Part shown: positions 35,951-51,029 of the stretch, one piece after another
Layout: each line of letters opens with the position of its first letter
How positions within the stretch are numbered: position 1 is the first letter of the stretch
Source: Epiperipatus broadwayi
Lineage: Eukaryota > Animalia > Onychophora
NCBI GenBank assembly: GCA_028023455.1
Contig: JAQFVV010000008.1
Location: 12,028,001-12,092,000, forward strand
Length of the DNA stretch: 64,000 bases
Reading direction: 5' to 3'
The notes under the pieces: model-generated
Databases searched by the model: none
The model's input: only the letters and a program-made list of their open reading frames with translations
What the model was told of the DNA's origin: nothing
Translations under genes and position numbers: made by a program

Positions 35951-38900
35951 AGGCAAGTTCTCCTTCATATATTGTGTATGATTTTGTAAAGGAAAATAAA
36001 TATGACAGTGATTTGTCTAAAACTCAAGCAGAAGAAATACCTAGAACTGAATTAAATGAAGAAGCAGATTCTTCCATGACTAAATTCTCTTGATGTACCG
36101 GCAAAATCAAGCAGCGACTGATGAATTGAGGAACAGCAGAGGACAGAGATATTAAAGGAATAAATATGCAATCAAAATGTGCATTATTTGGTAAAGTGAA
36201 TGGTGGTTGTGTCATATTCGACTAAATTTGTACATATATAATATTGGTGTAGTTGTTTTAATAAAACCTTTATGCATGTGGGTGTGTATAAATTGGACAG
36301 GAAGTATATAAAGTACACTAGAAAATTAAGTTATTTTAATATGCATATTAATAAAAGTATGTTAATTTGCTTAAATATGCAGATTAGAGCTGATCATGAA
36401 AATTATTTGAAGTTATTATAAATATTAAAATTAACTCCACGTATATGTGGCAATAGCAGCACATTGATGTAAAAATACAATATTTTGTAATAATTTGAAT
36501 AGCAGTGAGTGCAAGTAATAATGCAGTGAAGTGCGTAGTTTAGTACAGTGATGAGAGAATGCAAAAAGATTCTTTAACTTCTACATGTATGTTTATTGTA
36601 AAACAACCACAAGTAAGCTAGTTAAATGTTATATATATATTGAGTTCATAAACTCTTAATTGTTAAGTTTATTATTAGACTATTTATTCTATAATAAATT
36701 ATTGATGTGATTACAGCTAAATAATGTCAACATTGTCAATGTGTATAGCAGTTACAGACATAGAAATTTAATGATTAATTTAAATATCCAGCCTCATGAA
36801 ATATTAAAAAAAAATTAAAGGGAAAAAACTGTTTTGATGATCCCATTTTGTTATGATTCTATTGATCCAGTTTAAGAAAGAAAGAAGGCAAGAAAAGGTT
36901 GCAATAATTATTGTGGAATACAACTGGCACCAGCAACAGATTTTCAGGAACTCAATATAATATTGTTAGCCATATGGAAAAAAGTTTTGTTTTATGAACA
37001 AATGTGTAATTTATATACAATATTATTTTTTTAATTTTAATCAAGGGATTTGACTCAGTTATTGAAAAAGTTTATCTTGTTGAAAATATTTGATTGTCTA
37101 GAAAAGTTTATCCAAGAAAACAATGGTTGAAATAAACACTAATGGTAATTGAATGTGTAATTGCTCTAATTTTAGATTGGTTTAATGAAACAGACATCAA
37201 GGTATAATTTATAGGTTTACTAATGCAGTTTTTCATTATAATTAATTAAAACAAAACCAAATTTATGTTTTTTGGTTTCTAAATTTACAATATATGAATT
37301 CAACCTATAAAGAATTTTGTATTATACAAGGCATAGTCTTAGCAAGTTTTGGATTGTCGATATGAATAGTTCAAATTATCTTGGTGACATTTTAGATCAA
37401 AAGGTATATTTGGATGTTCACATGCGCATAAATTTCAATGTGCTGTTACTGGTAAAAGTATAGGATATTTCATTATAGTGTTATAAGTATTCCACTAAAT
37501 TAATTGTGTTTGGTATTCTTTCATATTAATTGATTCTTATTGATGTTACATAATATTGGAAAATCATGTAAGGTTGCTTCTGAATATGAATATTATGAAA
37601 ATATATTGCTAAGAACATAAGACCAGTTAATATGTTTTCCAATTTATTGGATGTGATGATATTTGAATTTATAGTTGTAGTAAGGGTGCATCTTTGATTT
37701 AAGCATATGAAGTAAGTGATAGCAATTAAAAAAGTATTATAGTAAACTTAAGCATATTTTTCTTGAGAGAGGTAGACCATATTTACAGTATAAAGATCTC
37801 AAAGATGCAATAGAAATTGAAATGATACAATTAAGGATAATACAGTGGAGAAGATGAGATTAAAAGATAACATAAAAAATATGTCTAAAAGACCTGTGTA
37901 TAATTTATGTAAATATATTTGTATTTGATAGATCATTTCTTTGCTTTTTTTTTCTTCTGAAAAACTAATACTCATTTACAAATTGTTGCTAATAATGATG
38001 TTTACTTATGCAGATAATTTTTTTTTTTTACATAAAGTCTTGAGATAAAGCTTTTTTTAAAATGTAAATATTTTTAATAAAAATATGTATTTGTCCTAAA
38101 TAAATATTCAGTTATCAAACTAACATTTAAATGTTTTTTTTTTTTAAAAAAAAATGAATAACTAACTGTCTTGACATTATTAGTAAGATGGTAATATATT
38201 GATTATTTATATAGTCGTATATTTGATGAGCATATAAAATGTAAGAATGCCTTTATAGTCTTGATTTTGATTCTCATAGCATGAGGAAACCATCTTACTA
38301 TTAGTACCTATTAATGTGTTGGAAATAGTGAAGGAATATAAATAGAAACTTCCATTTGAATATCTAGGGAAGATTGAAAATAATCTCCCACATTTGTCTT
38401 GTGTATTATTATGGAAGAACCATTGTTCTTTTGAAATGTGTAGCTATTTAAATAAGCCTCACTTATATGCAAATTAATAATATTCTTAATATAATATAAA
38501 CATTTACATAAGTAAGAATATTTATATTTGCATCATGTCAATATGAGATAATTGAATTAATGTAAATTGCAAGGAATTATTGGAGATAGTAAATTTTTTT
38601 TGTGTGTGATTTAAAATATAGGTATAATCCTTACAAATGTTTATTAATCATTGATATGTTAGATGTAATTTATTATGGTGCACCTAAGATAAGAATTATC
38701 AGATAGGAAATAAAGGATTTGATCTGCTAATAAGACAGGATATTTACAGTCATATTATTTGATTAGTAATAAAATCTTTCATTCTTATGTTCTTTGTAAA
38801 TTTGTGTACTATATCTTGAAAACGGGAAGAAAGTATTGCATACTGAAATTTTTAGTGCAAAATGAGAGTATTGTAGAATTTTGAGACAGATGAGGTTTTT

Positions 38901-41900
38901 TTCAGATGGGCCCTTTGAAAATATTTTAATATGAATATATTTTAAAAAAAAGTAATGGGTATAAGTTCTCAGAATGAAATTGTTTGTTGCAGTGATGTAG
39001 AGTGACAGACTGAAGCAAAAGGTTTACAAATCAAGTCCAGCTCTATCATTTCTGATGCTTAAACTTCTTAAGCAATAAACAATTCAATTATTTATTTACT
39101 GTATATAGAAATAAAATATTATTTAGGGTTTTTATTAGAAGCTAACAAAATAATAGAATTTATATTGTTAATATGCTCCATTATTTTATTTTGGGTTATC
39201 AACTGTGAATCAAATATAGGCATTTTTACAAGCACATTAAATTGAAAATGTCAATTATTATTATTATTTTTTAAGTCCTGTGTAAACAACCAGTTAACAT
39301 TCTGTCCTTGAATATTGTATTCACTTTTGTTGCCATAGTATAGATTAAGTATTTTGATTATCATAGTACGATAGTTTTATTTGAGAGTTTACAAAGCTAA
39401 GACCGAATAACTAATAATCAAAAGATTTTTATTGTCTGGACATCTTGAATTGTCTTGAACAGGATGTCATATTGCATATTCATTATGCTTTGAAGTTGGT
39501 CAATAAGCATGCTGCTTGCTGTGTGACTAGAATATCATTAAGCTTTAATGAAATCTTGTGGATTTGATATGGAAAGGATGGGGAGAGGGATAGCAAAACA
39601 ACTACTTATATGATTTGTCCATGTAAATGAGGTATTAATTATAACTGATTCAGTGAAATTCCAGGGTAAATCTCATTAGTCAATGATTAAAAATCTAATC
39701 ATATCAGTGTGTCACTTTATGCCCATTAAAATCTTTGACTTGGTTGTTTGTTGAAATCTTTGATTTGGTAGCAATGAAAGAAAAGAAGGATTTATTGAGC
39801 AGATTGTGTTCAAAGACATGAATAGGAATTATAAATGCAGATAGTGATTTGTAAAATGAAAAAATGATAATTGACAAAGGAGTATGAGCTAAATGCCAGC
39901 AAACTTTAAATGAACATGAAATCTTAGTACAGAATTTGATTAAAATAACAAACTGAAATAGTCAAAAAAATGATAATTGTCATGTGGCAGCGCTTGATCA
40001 AATAAATGTATAGTGCTTATGATCATCAGCAGAATGTTTAACTTGAATATACAATGCATATATTTAAATTAATATAGGCTAAGGAACTTACTATCAAAAA
40101 ACATTAAAATATAAACAAAAGATAATTTCTAAATTGAACTTAGTTTGATGCTTGAGAGGGTCTATTAATTCAAAATAATACTTCCCATTAGAGAGAGATT
40201 GTTTTGAAAATATTTTTAATGGTGTTGGTAATTACATTTAATTTCTATAATGATGTATAGATTTTGTTTCACAAATTATCTTTGTTAAAAGGTATAGCTT
40301 TATTGTCCATGAATGCTATTTGAATTGTGATTTCTCAGTCTCTTGCCTCTTAAAATAATTGATTGTATCACTAGTATCATCATTCTTGTTTTTGGCATGA
40401 AAGATTTTAGCATTTTCATAAAGTTTGATTCTTGGTAGACACAATTAATGAAAGTCACATTAAGGGAATTCTTTTGGGTTTTTTGGACTTTAATAATAAA
40501 ATTTGACAAGTTCATAAATGTATTAAATCTTGCTTGAGAGTTGAAAAAATGTTAAGTTTATTTTTGCCACTTCAATGATTTCATTAGTGAATTCATCTTG
40601 AGCATATATTTATTTTGTTTGGAATGGTATTTTCATTCTGAGTATTTTGTAAATTGTTTGTTTTGCCCTGGACTTAGAAACAAGTCATAAATGACTTAAT
40701 CACAAGGAGACTTGATCATAAATATTTGAAAGAAACTCATTTATTTACTTCTAATTTGTAAAGAAAATTGTTGATCTATTTTATTAGCTTGAAAATAAGC
40801 AGAAATTCAGAGCTTCTGGAATAATTCTGCATATAAATTTCTGAGTTGTGCAATACCAGTTGTTTTCAAAGCATCAGCAAATTTGTATTGATTGAATTTT
40901 ATTGGAATAAATATCTTTCCATTTGATGTGCTTTAATTCTTAGAAGTATAATATATTTGGGATCTGTTTGCAACTACTAATCAATTTTCACCACATAATC
41001 TTGATTAAACAAAAATGTCTGCTTAGATTGTAAGACTTTTTTTAAAAATCTGCTAAACTATTCAGCAAAAATGGTTAAATAAATAAAAATTCATCATTGT
41101 CTGAATCAACTAAATTATCAAGAGAAAAATGATCTGATTTTTTGCATTGTTGAATGCATCATGATGGTAGTTATTTTCTCTAGAAAATGATGATAGAGGT
41201 AACAGCTGATCCATCTTGAAATAATTGAATAATTAGAATAGATGTTAAGCTAAATAGGAGCAATTTTCCTATTTTGTACATGTAAATGGCTGGAAATGGA
41301 AGTTATAGTAGAATTATCCAAATACTAATATGAAATATTCCCATCAGATTTGAAATTGCTACTTTTTTTTCTACTCTTATTAATATTAAGAATATTTTTA
41401 GATTTAATAGTGGTAATATAAATAGCAGATTCAAAATATTTGATTGTAATTTTAATTTCAATCAGATTATCAACTTTATATGAAAAAAATAGACATTGTT
41501 AGACAAATGTTTTGCAGTAACTGGTTTTTTTCTCTTTATTAAGAATATGTATCTGGAAATAGTGTTTTGTAATATTTGTAAGTTTGAAAAAGGTAATTTT
41601 GTGAAAAATATTTTTAAATGAAAAAATACTTCACAAGAAATTAAAAGAATGATATAAAATTTGCAAATTTTTCAAGGCCGCTTGCATTATGGCAGATATT
41701 TATGGAAAGACTGTGGAAACATTTATATATATTTATTTCAAAAGTATTCATATATTTGTTTTAATCACATGAGGTGATTTCTGGTGAAGTTAGCATTTTA
41801 TTTATGTATTGTTAGCAAAATTTGCAGGTCGTGTTAAAATATTCGATTCTCTTGATTTATAAAAATCTTTTAGGACAGCAATCACAAATAATTAAATAAT

Positions 41901-43802
41901 TTGATCACTTTTGGTGATAAATTTTTTATCCTAATTTAAAATTTGCATCCCAATTTATTAGGAAATAGATTTGGCCTTTGGATTATTAAACTTAGTTTCT
42001 GGTACAGACTTTAACTTCACCTTTTGATGTAATAATACACAAAGTAATATCTTCTTTAAATTGGATTGGTAAAAATGATCAAAGAATGAAATTAAATTGA
42101 TCATTGTTATGTGAATTTAGTGGCCTTGAATATTCATTACTGTCTGTCATTTTATTATATTAGATGAAAGTATGATATCTTTATGAAGTCCATTTTGAGA
42201 AATATTTAATATTATTTGTAAGTGTGTTGAATTTTTTTTTTTTAAGTCTAATTAGTTTTATTAAAGGATGAGAAGTTCTCTTTCTTTTAATGGAAATGTT
42301 TACATTGAAAATATTTTGTTGGCATTAGTCATTTAATTAATATTCTGTAATATCTTATTAAGATTATATCTTAATTGACTTTGATGCTGAAATTATCAAA
42401 GAATGAATTTGCTTATAGTTATTATGTTAACTTAGTGACAGTGGATGTTCATTGGACAAGAATCTTAAGGTTCATCCTTTTGAATCAGTGATTAGCTCTC
42501 AAGTAGAATGAGTCATAGTGGCAGTGTTTGAAGAGCTATTGCTATTTTAAATCTATTATCTGTGTGATAATGGTGGAAATTATACAAATTGTAGTGTTGT
42601 TTGTTAACATGCCTTTATAAATGCTATTGGTTTAAAAAAAGTAACAGAAAAAAACTAATTTGTAGATATTTAAATATTAACAGCTTATCATCAGAATTAG
42701 CTTGCACCTATATTTATTAATATAGTTGTTTGTGTTCATAAATATATATTGATTTTTTAAAAAATTTAAATATATTTCTTGTTAAACGTAAATTAATTTT
42801 TACAATTATTATCATCTTCATTTTTAATTTCATGTTTAGTTTTTAATTTTTTATTGATGTTTTATAAAAAGTATAGTTTACGTGTTTTCAATTGTTATGA
42901 AGGCCTATTAGCACTGATTTTAAATATTTAGTTACACTAAAATAATTAAATGAGAGAAATCATATGCGATTTAAAATTGAAAGCAAAGAATTCTGCACTG
43001 TCATGAAATTTTAATGTAAGTGGAAACTTGCAAAGACATTCAAAATCTTATTTTTTCAAATAATACCTTATCTTTAAAGATCTCAATTACTTTTTAAAAT
43101 TGTCCACTTACAATAATCACTTATAATTTATTTTCAGAATTTTATTTCATTTTTTATTGAAAATATTAATTTTTTAATATTTTTTTCATAAGCTTCATTT
43201 TCATTAAAAACAGTCATTTAATTTTTAAAAATAATTTTCTAATTGTTATTTTATTATAGATTATTTCTTTTATAAAAACTTTACGTGAGCATTTGCCCTT
43301 TTTTTTTCTTTCTTATTTCTTACTGTCTTAAATTTTCTCTTTTTCTTTACCTGTAATCAATAAAATTTGCAAAATATTATGCTGATAATAATTTTTCTCT
43401 GTTTTTGTAAATTAAAAATACAACAGATAAATATGAAAATTTTCTGTGTAACCCTGAATGAAATGCCTAGGTGATAGATATTATGTCCATTGTCATGTTT
43501 TTTATTATTGTTATTTTAATATATTGTGCTCTTTTCATGAAACTATTTGAGTTCAGAAGAAAAGGTATAAATTAATAAATCTGGCTCATTGCAATTAATT
43601 AGTTTTATGTTTATTAATTTATTCCTTTACATCTGAACTCTTAAGTCAACACATGCTATTTATATTAAAGGCAATCTAAAATAATTTATAAATTTATTTT
43701 AAGTGATTTTTTTATATATATCTTATTACCTAATAATGTACTTAATTAAAATAATAAATAATATAATTGAAATATAATGTGTCAATCTTTTTTTTTTTTT
43801 AG

Positions 43803-44338
43803 ATGATATTGGGATTCCTTTAAATGTTAGTGCATCAGCTGCATGGAAATCACTTGAACTGTTCAGCCATTATAGGAAGAGAATGTTAAAATATATCCGA
43901 TTTGTTAGTGATAATAACGAGTCAATCTATATGTATGAATTAGTTTTTCAAGCATCAATGAAAAAATTTAAAAATACAGCTCAGAATTCCAACAGCACTG
44001 ACAAATCATCAGGAGCTATATCTAAACAGTCTACTAAAAAATTACATAAAAAAGAAAGAGAGAGAGAATTATTAAAGAATGAATGTCCTATCTGCCTTAG
44101 TGATATAGAAGGTGAAATAAGTGAACTTGAGTGCAAGCATAAATTTTGTAAGCCTTGCTTAGCTGAAAGTTTTAAACATCGTAAAGAATGTCCAGTTTGC
44201 CGAAAACATTATGATCAACGTTTAGGTAATCAACCTCCAGGATCTATGACTCACCATGTAATTACAGCAAGTTTGCCTGGCTATGAGAAACATGACACCA
44301 TTGCTATTGATTATCATTTTGGCAGTGGTATTCAAACT
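43803..44338 (+). CDS. Internal exon of a DTX3/DTX3L-like E3 ligase: macrodomain end, C3HC4 RING and start of Deltex C-terminal domain
   Basis: T-tract+AG acceptor at 43801-02, phase 1, matching the exon ending at 15868. RING CPIC...CKHKFCKPC...CPVC, then DTC signature GNQPPGSMT...SLPGYEKHDTIAIDYHFGSGIQ. Donor ACT|GTAAGT at 44339. Confidence 0.88.
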
Positions 44339-45499
44339 GTAAGTTTTATTATGATAATAAAATTATAACAATATTTTGTTTTAAATATTCAAAAAAAATT
44401 TTTTTAACAATTATATTATGAGAAAATTGAGATCAATTTACTTAAAATATAATTTTAATCGCCACTTTCTAGAAAAATTGGAAGAAGCCAAATTTACTTT
44501 CAAAACAAAAAAAATATATATACACATTAAAATGGTAGTGATAAAAAACTGGTAAACAAATTCATGAAATATAAATACTGATGTATGAGTAAGAAAATAA
44601 TATATAAACACTTAAATTATTATCACTTCTACATGGTCATACTTTAGCGTATGATTTGTCACAATATATACTATTAAATGATAAATAATATAGTTGTATT
44701 TATATATGAATATATTGATGGACTCTTTATGCTGGAAATCCTCATTTGTGATAATCAAACCATACTTTTCTAACTTAAAAATTAAATTTTTTACAAAGTA
44801 CTGGTTACATTTCTAATGTGTGAGATTCCTCATAAGGAAATAAAACCAATATTGAGAAAGAATTTAATCTGCTAAGAGTAACTTTTATTTTTTTAGATCT
44901 TTGATGTTATTGAATACCACTGTTTATTTTAGAGGACTATTATGCAGATTCAGGTTCACATCCCTTCTAGATTTATTTAAATTTTTATCATTTAATAGAC
45001 AAGCAAAGAATTGAAATATGATATTGCACAAACTTGCCACTCTAATTTATTAATTATCTTATAAAAATTTTTTGTATGCAAGAATGAGAATTTTTGAAGG
45101 TAGTAGGCTATATTTAAATTTATTAAGCTTGTATATAACAACAAATGTATTAACTATCTGAACAATAAAAATCACAGAACCTATGAAGACAGAAACAGTA
45201 TATTGATCAGGCAACAGTATTAATATATTAAAATCTTTTTTTTTCTATTCTTGACTTTTAAACATGGGATCATAGTTCATAAATATCCTTTTTAGTACAA
45301 TAAGAAAGGTAAAATTCTATTCCCTGGTGTTAGCCGTAAGATGATGTTGATGCTAACCGAAAACATATACATATAACGATTACCGGGCCTGTGATTGATT
45401 TTATATAAAAATATCTGATTTAGATTTTTAATAAAATATTCTAGTAACTAATACTATATGATGTTAGTCTTTCATTTTTGTAAATGTTTATTAATCTTA

Positions 45500-46930
45500 T
45501 ATTTTTTTTTGTGTGTGTGTGTGTCTTTAAAGTTACGGTGTTTTTCTAATTTTTTTTTAGTTTACGTGTGTCTTTTTAAAGTTACGGTATTTTTTTAAGA
45601 GTAAATAAATAATTTTATTAAAAACCAATAGGTAATTATAAAGATATAAAAAGTAATGTAATTTATATACTACAATTTAGAATTGATACCCGACTACTAT
45701 TAGTAAATAATATTACTATTTTAAAAAAAAAAAAAAAATTAGAAATTCACATTCAATTTTAAAATGATACCCGAATAATTGATGTTTTTGGACAGTAATT
45801 AATCATAAAATGGGTAGTTTTGTTGGTGTGTATCTGTCAAAAGTTACGGGATTTTTTTAATCGAAAATAAGACGCAAATATACATTTTTTTAAATTCAAT
45901 TTACACAAAATTGCTACATTCACGCTAAATTTACAAATGATACCCGACTAAATTTGCTCTTTCTTTTTTTTTTTTTTGTTTTTGGACAGTAATTAATCAG
46001 AAAGTGGATTCTTTTTGTGTGTATATATAAAAAGTACCGTTCTTGAAATACTACATTTCAAAATGATACCCGACTATGTTGCAATTTTTTTTTTGAACAG
46101 TAATGAATCAGAAAGTGGATTGTTTTTATTAACGTGTAGATTTTATCAAAAGCCGTAATATTATTGAAATACTAAATTTAAAAATGATACCCGCGAATAA
46201 CTTTTTTTTGGGGTATTGACAGTAATTAATCAGAAAGTGGGTTTTATTTTCTTTGTGTGTATATATAAAAAGTTACGATCTTTTTTTCAATCGAAAATAA
46301 TACGTAATTCTACATGATTCAATTTAACCACAACATTGAAAAAATTCACACTACAATTTTAAAATGATATCCATCAACTAATTTGCTTTTTTTTTTGGGG
46401 GGGGGGGATAGTAATTAATCAGAAAGTGGGTTCTTTTTGTTAGTGTGTATATCTAAAAAGGACCGTCATTGAAAGACTCAATTGAAAAATGATAGCCGAC
46501 TAATTTGTTTTCTTTTTTTGGGACAGTAATGAATCAGAAAGTGGGTTCTTTTTGTTGGTGTGTCTATATAAAAAGGTACAATTATTTAAATACTAAATTT
46601 AAAAATGATAGCCGACTAATTTGTGTTTCTTTTGACAGTAATTAATCAGAAAGTGGGTTTTTTTTTTTTGTAAATCTTGTGTATATATAAAAAATACCGT
46701 ATTTCAAATACGACATTTAAAAATCAAACCCCGATTAATTTGCTTTCTTTCTTTTTTGGACAGTAATTAATCAGGAACTGGGTTGTTTTTGTTAGTGTGT
46801 AGATATAAAAACTAATCTTATTTTGAAATAATAAATGTAAAAAAAATAATACCCGACTAATTTTCTTTTTTGGACAAGTAATTACTAATAATCAGACACT
46901 GGTTTGTTTTTGTTTGTGCGTATATATAAC
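45500..46930. repeat. Degenerate minisatellite, ~115-125-bp units with two longer (~190-bp) units
   Basis: Marker G(G/A)CAGTAAT(T/G)AATCAG recurs at about 45790, 45985, 46097, 46219, 46408, 46521, 46634, 46759 and 46874, alternating with AAATGATA(C/G)CCGACTA. Confidence 0.85.
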
Positions 46931-47699
46931 AAAAGTAATTCATCACGGACGAATTCTCGCGATAACATTACTTTTCGCGTGATCCTCGAATTTTTTGCCG
47001 TTACGCACCCTTAAAAGCAATTTTTGAGGGTTACCCATTCGTAATGGAATCTTCAAGACATTATTACTAAACTTACAACAGTAAAGTAAGTTACAGCACA
47101 TTAAAAAAAATATATGTCTAATCAAATTTTAAAAAACTATGACTGGCTCAAATACACAAACTCTCACATGAAACTACAGAGAAAATAGATATTCTACTAT
47201 TACAATAAAATGATTAACAAAATCAACTACGGCAGCCAATAAAGGCATTTCTCTTTGCTTTTAGCATAGAAAAAAGCCATAACCGGCATCTGTTGGGAAC
47301 TCTTTCTGTGTTTTATCATAGAAAGAAGTCTCTTTGTGTTGGCTTCTAACATGAGGACTTTTTTTGCGTTTATAACGTAGAAAATTTCCTCTTTTGTTGG
47401 GTGAATGCTGGTGAAACAGTATATTTCTAGGAATTGACCTAGAAATAGTGACATCTCGTGGCTAACATCAGGGAATAGAAAACAACCATAAGAAATGTGA
47501 TTAATATATGGAGAGAAGGACTTTTACTAAATGTATACATTATATTATTTAAAAAAAGAAAGCTTAATGCTTGCAGAGATAAATAATAATAAAATTTCTT
47601 TTCTAAAAATTTTTTACACAGTTGTATGTGCCTGAACATTCTCAGGTTTTATCAGGGTTCATAGGAATAATTTGGGATTTACTTGATTTGTAGTTTCAA

Positions 47700-48800
47700 A
47701 TATAATCGATATTTCCCTTCAATTTGATTGAATATGATAATAATTTGTATGTTTTATAATAGCTTTTGATCTTCACTGAGTTAGGCAATATTCTGACAAG
47801 TAGGCAGGTAATTTCAGAGTTTGATCAACATATTCTATGATTGCAAGCAACCAGTTTACACTCTGTTTCATGTTAGGGTTGAAGCAGGCAATTCTTTTCT
47901 TTTGAAGTTACATTCATGGATAATGAAAAGACAGATGCACTTTTAGTATGCTTCAGCCAGATATATTAACCAAGCTAGAAACACCAGCTGATTTATGGAT
48001 ATATTTAAAGTGATGACTAACTGAAGTGGTTTAACACATGGTTAGGTTCACTATCAAATAGCCGATGGACGATACAAAATCATATTTTTTGTCCATCTTC
48101 TTTGGATTATCCTGAAGCTTGTCTCTTTTAAAATAAACGTATGGTTTCTACTGTCTTGATTTATTTCTTTTGTGCAAACTATGTTTTTCTATATCATGTC
48201 CATATACTTTCATAAAATGTTTCTCTTATCATCTGCTCATTTTAAAACATTAAAAGCTTTTACCCTGTTGTTATTTTCAATTATTTCTTGTATATTTGGA
48301 AAACAATTATAATTATTTCTAGTCTCTTCTGAAAACAACATTTGAATAATTAATGTTTTCAAATTAAAATTTGAACTTTTCAAAATATTGCACGCACATG
48401 AGCTATAATACATATCACATGATATACCTTTGAGTCTTTATACATTTAATATTTATCATTTACATTTAGAAATTGTAGCTTTGGATGTATATATATGTGT
48501 GTGTGTGTGTGTGGGAGGTTCAGGATTCCTTCTTCCTCCTCCAAATCATAATGATAGATAATCCAATTTAAAATGTTTTGCAAGTGTATATTTATAATAA
48601 TTGATTTATTATTTTATTGAAATAAATGGCTAATTGAACCTTCAACAATATGTATGTGCTTGGACACATACTTATTATGTGATTAAATAACTATTTTTTT
48701 AGTCTTTTATTTTTTTTATTAATTTCTTTTACTGTGTAAAAGAACATTGGGATGTATTTCTCAAATTAATTAGTATTTAGGTACCTGCCTTTTGATCTGA
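47700..48800. repeat. Old dispersed repeat, possibly LINE-derived; diverged direct copy at ~51350-52520
   Basis: Shared blocks AATCATATTTTTTGTC, CTTTTAAAATAAAC, ATGTTTCTCTTA, TTAATTTCTTTTACTGTG. An ADD-like remnant lies on the minus strand near 48235. Confidence 0.4.
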
Positions 48801-49083
48801 TTCATGATTGTCATAATATCCTCCTGTGGAATGATAACCACATAGTTACTTCTATCTTAAATCTTTATTTTCATTTAGACTGATTTTGTTTCACTTCAGC
48901 AGTAATAAGTCAAACTAAGCCGATCAAATATATATTTTTCAGACTTATTAGTTAAGGTCACATCAGATGTCTAATAGTATGAGACTGCATTTTATATATG
49001 TGGTAATTTTATTTATTCTAGTACGAATATTGAGAGAAAAGAGTTCTTGTGATCCTCACTAGTTTTACTTCTTGTTTATGTAT

Positions 49084-51029
49084 TGTAACAGGCACAAACG
49101 CCATTACATCATTTTTTTTTTATAAATAAAATTAGAAATTAAAATAAAAGTTCGCAAATAAAAATTTGTTTTAAAAATTAAAAATGGAAAATTAAGTCAT
49201 CTAAACTCGTATTATATATATAAAATCGCACAGATGGAAAAATTATTAAAAGAAAACTTTTATTAAAAAAAGAAAAAGTTTTAAAACTAAATTTTAAGAA
49301 AAAAAAACTTAAAGATATAAAGATAAAATATATATATCTTTAAGAATATACAATAATTTAATTAATGCTATTGTGTAAAATGGAAATGATTATTTTAATT
49401 AGTCAAAGTGAACTAGCCTTTGGGCATTTCAAAATTTATAATTAAAGGTCAGATAGGAGAGAAAAATAATAAGAACAGAATAGCCAATGAAAGAAATCTC
49501 TCAGGAAACAGACCTTAGCGAAAGAATAATCATCATCATGACGTCATGTTGAGTTAATCTGCAATTTTCATATAAAAAGAAAAAGATAGAAAATAAATGG
49601 TTATGTGTGTTATATGTGTTAGTGCCGAGAGAGTTGAAGGAGAAGGGATTGAAAAGATGCACTTTCAATCCCTTTAGTTTTCCCAAAAGAAAGAAAAAAT
49701 GGAAGTATCGTTTTCCTATATTGCGGACCCCAGGACACCAAGACCCTACAATAAAATCTTGCAAACAACTATACCAGCTACAGTAAAGGACCTCCGATAA
49801 ATACAAACAGAACGGCAACAGCATATCTGTCTCCAAATTACAAGCAACTAGAAAGTATGGACTTTTTCTTTTTAAAACCGTAAGAACTTTATGAACTCTA
49901 ATGATCTTTAACTATAAAACTGTTTCAGTATTTAAATATGAATTCCTATCTGACCAAATTAAATCATTAATAATTATTTTTATTGAATGTATTTTTTTTT
50001 AAAAAATCATTTCCATTAATTTAATTTTTTCGTTCTTTTAAGTGTTTATTATGTTTTTTTCTTCTTCACATTAAGCTAAAACTTTTAATTAAATCATGCT
50101 AAATTTAAGTCGGGCGTGAATGGCTGCATAGATTCGTAAAGTTATGTTAGTTTAAGGGAGGGTAAATCTTAGGTTATTTGTTTCACAGTTAAATTGGGTT
50201 AGTGGATTGGGTGTATTGGTGTAATTAGTAAATGTAGCATGAAGATCCGCTACATGCAGGATCACATTATAGGCCGCACTTGGGCAAAATAAGTCCCATT
50301 TCTTACTGACCATTGGAAGCAGACGGTATTCCCTGCTCCTTGGATCACCCCTTTAGCCTATGGAATGGGATAGTAAGACGGCAAAAAGGATCGCAATCCC
50401 TTCCTATGGAGTTTTCTTTTTTATTGTTCTTCCCACCAGACAGACGAAGTACTGTCTTGATAACCATGCTGTTCAGATGTATATTTCTGACACTGCCGTA
50501 TTGTGCTGTCGTATTCATGCTGCATTGAATACATCGATATATCAGGTAGATTAGCGTTAGTTTGATTGCGAACTTTTGGCCTAGGGTTAAATAAGGGATA
50601 TAAAATATTTTCTTTTTCGAGTGCAATCTATGTAGTCTATCCATACTCGACACTCTAATAAAATATTAATAAATCCATCTGTGTGAACTTTTAAAATAAA
50701 AAAGTTAAAATGTAAATCAAATTATAAAATAAACATTATACTAAAATAATTCTAAATTTTATATATGTGCAAAATAAATGTTTCTGTGTATTGTTAATCT
50801 GGCAATGGCTTATTCTTTTTCTTTTTATTATCTTTCTTTCTTTAAAAATAAAGTATACATTATCTCTGCTGCTCCGCGAGCTAGTGACTGGGTCTAACAG
50901 TCTATAATAAAATAAAATTGGATCTTAACTTAAGTATCTGCCTACTATATAAATTTTCCAGGTTGAAATGGCCTGGTGGCGCCCTTGTACGGCAGATACG
51001 CTAAGACCATATCCACCCTGACCGTTATA
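49084..51029 (+). mobile_element. Solo LTR (~1.95 kb), uninterrupted sister of 4013-7700
   Basis: GTAT|TGTAACAG...CCGTTATA|GTAT (TSD 49080-49083 and 51030-51033); collinear reverse complement of 4013-5330 plus 7155-7700. Confidence 0.85.

Noticed and set aside
36300-43790. Coding exons or identifiable TEs in the distal intron
   Set aside because: Very AT-rich with only one short ORF (40300-40515) and no recognisable motifs; possibly old TE debris but unsupported.
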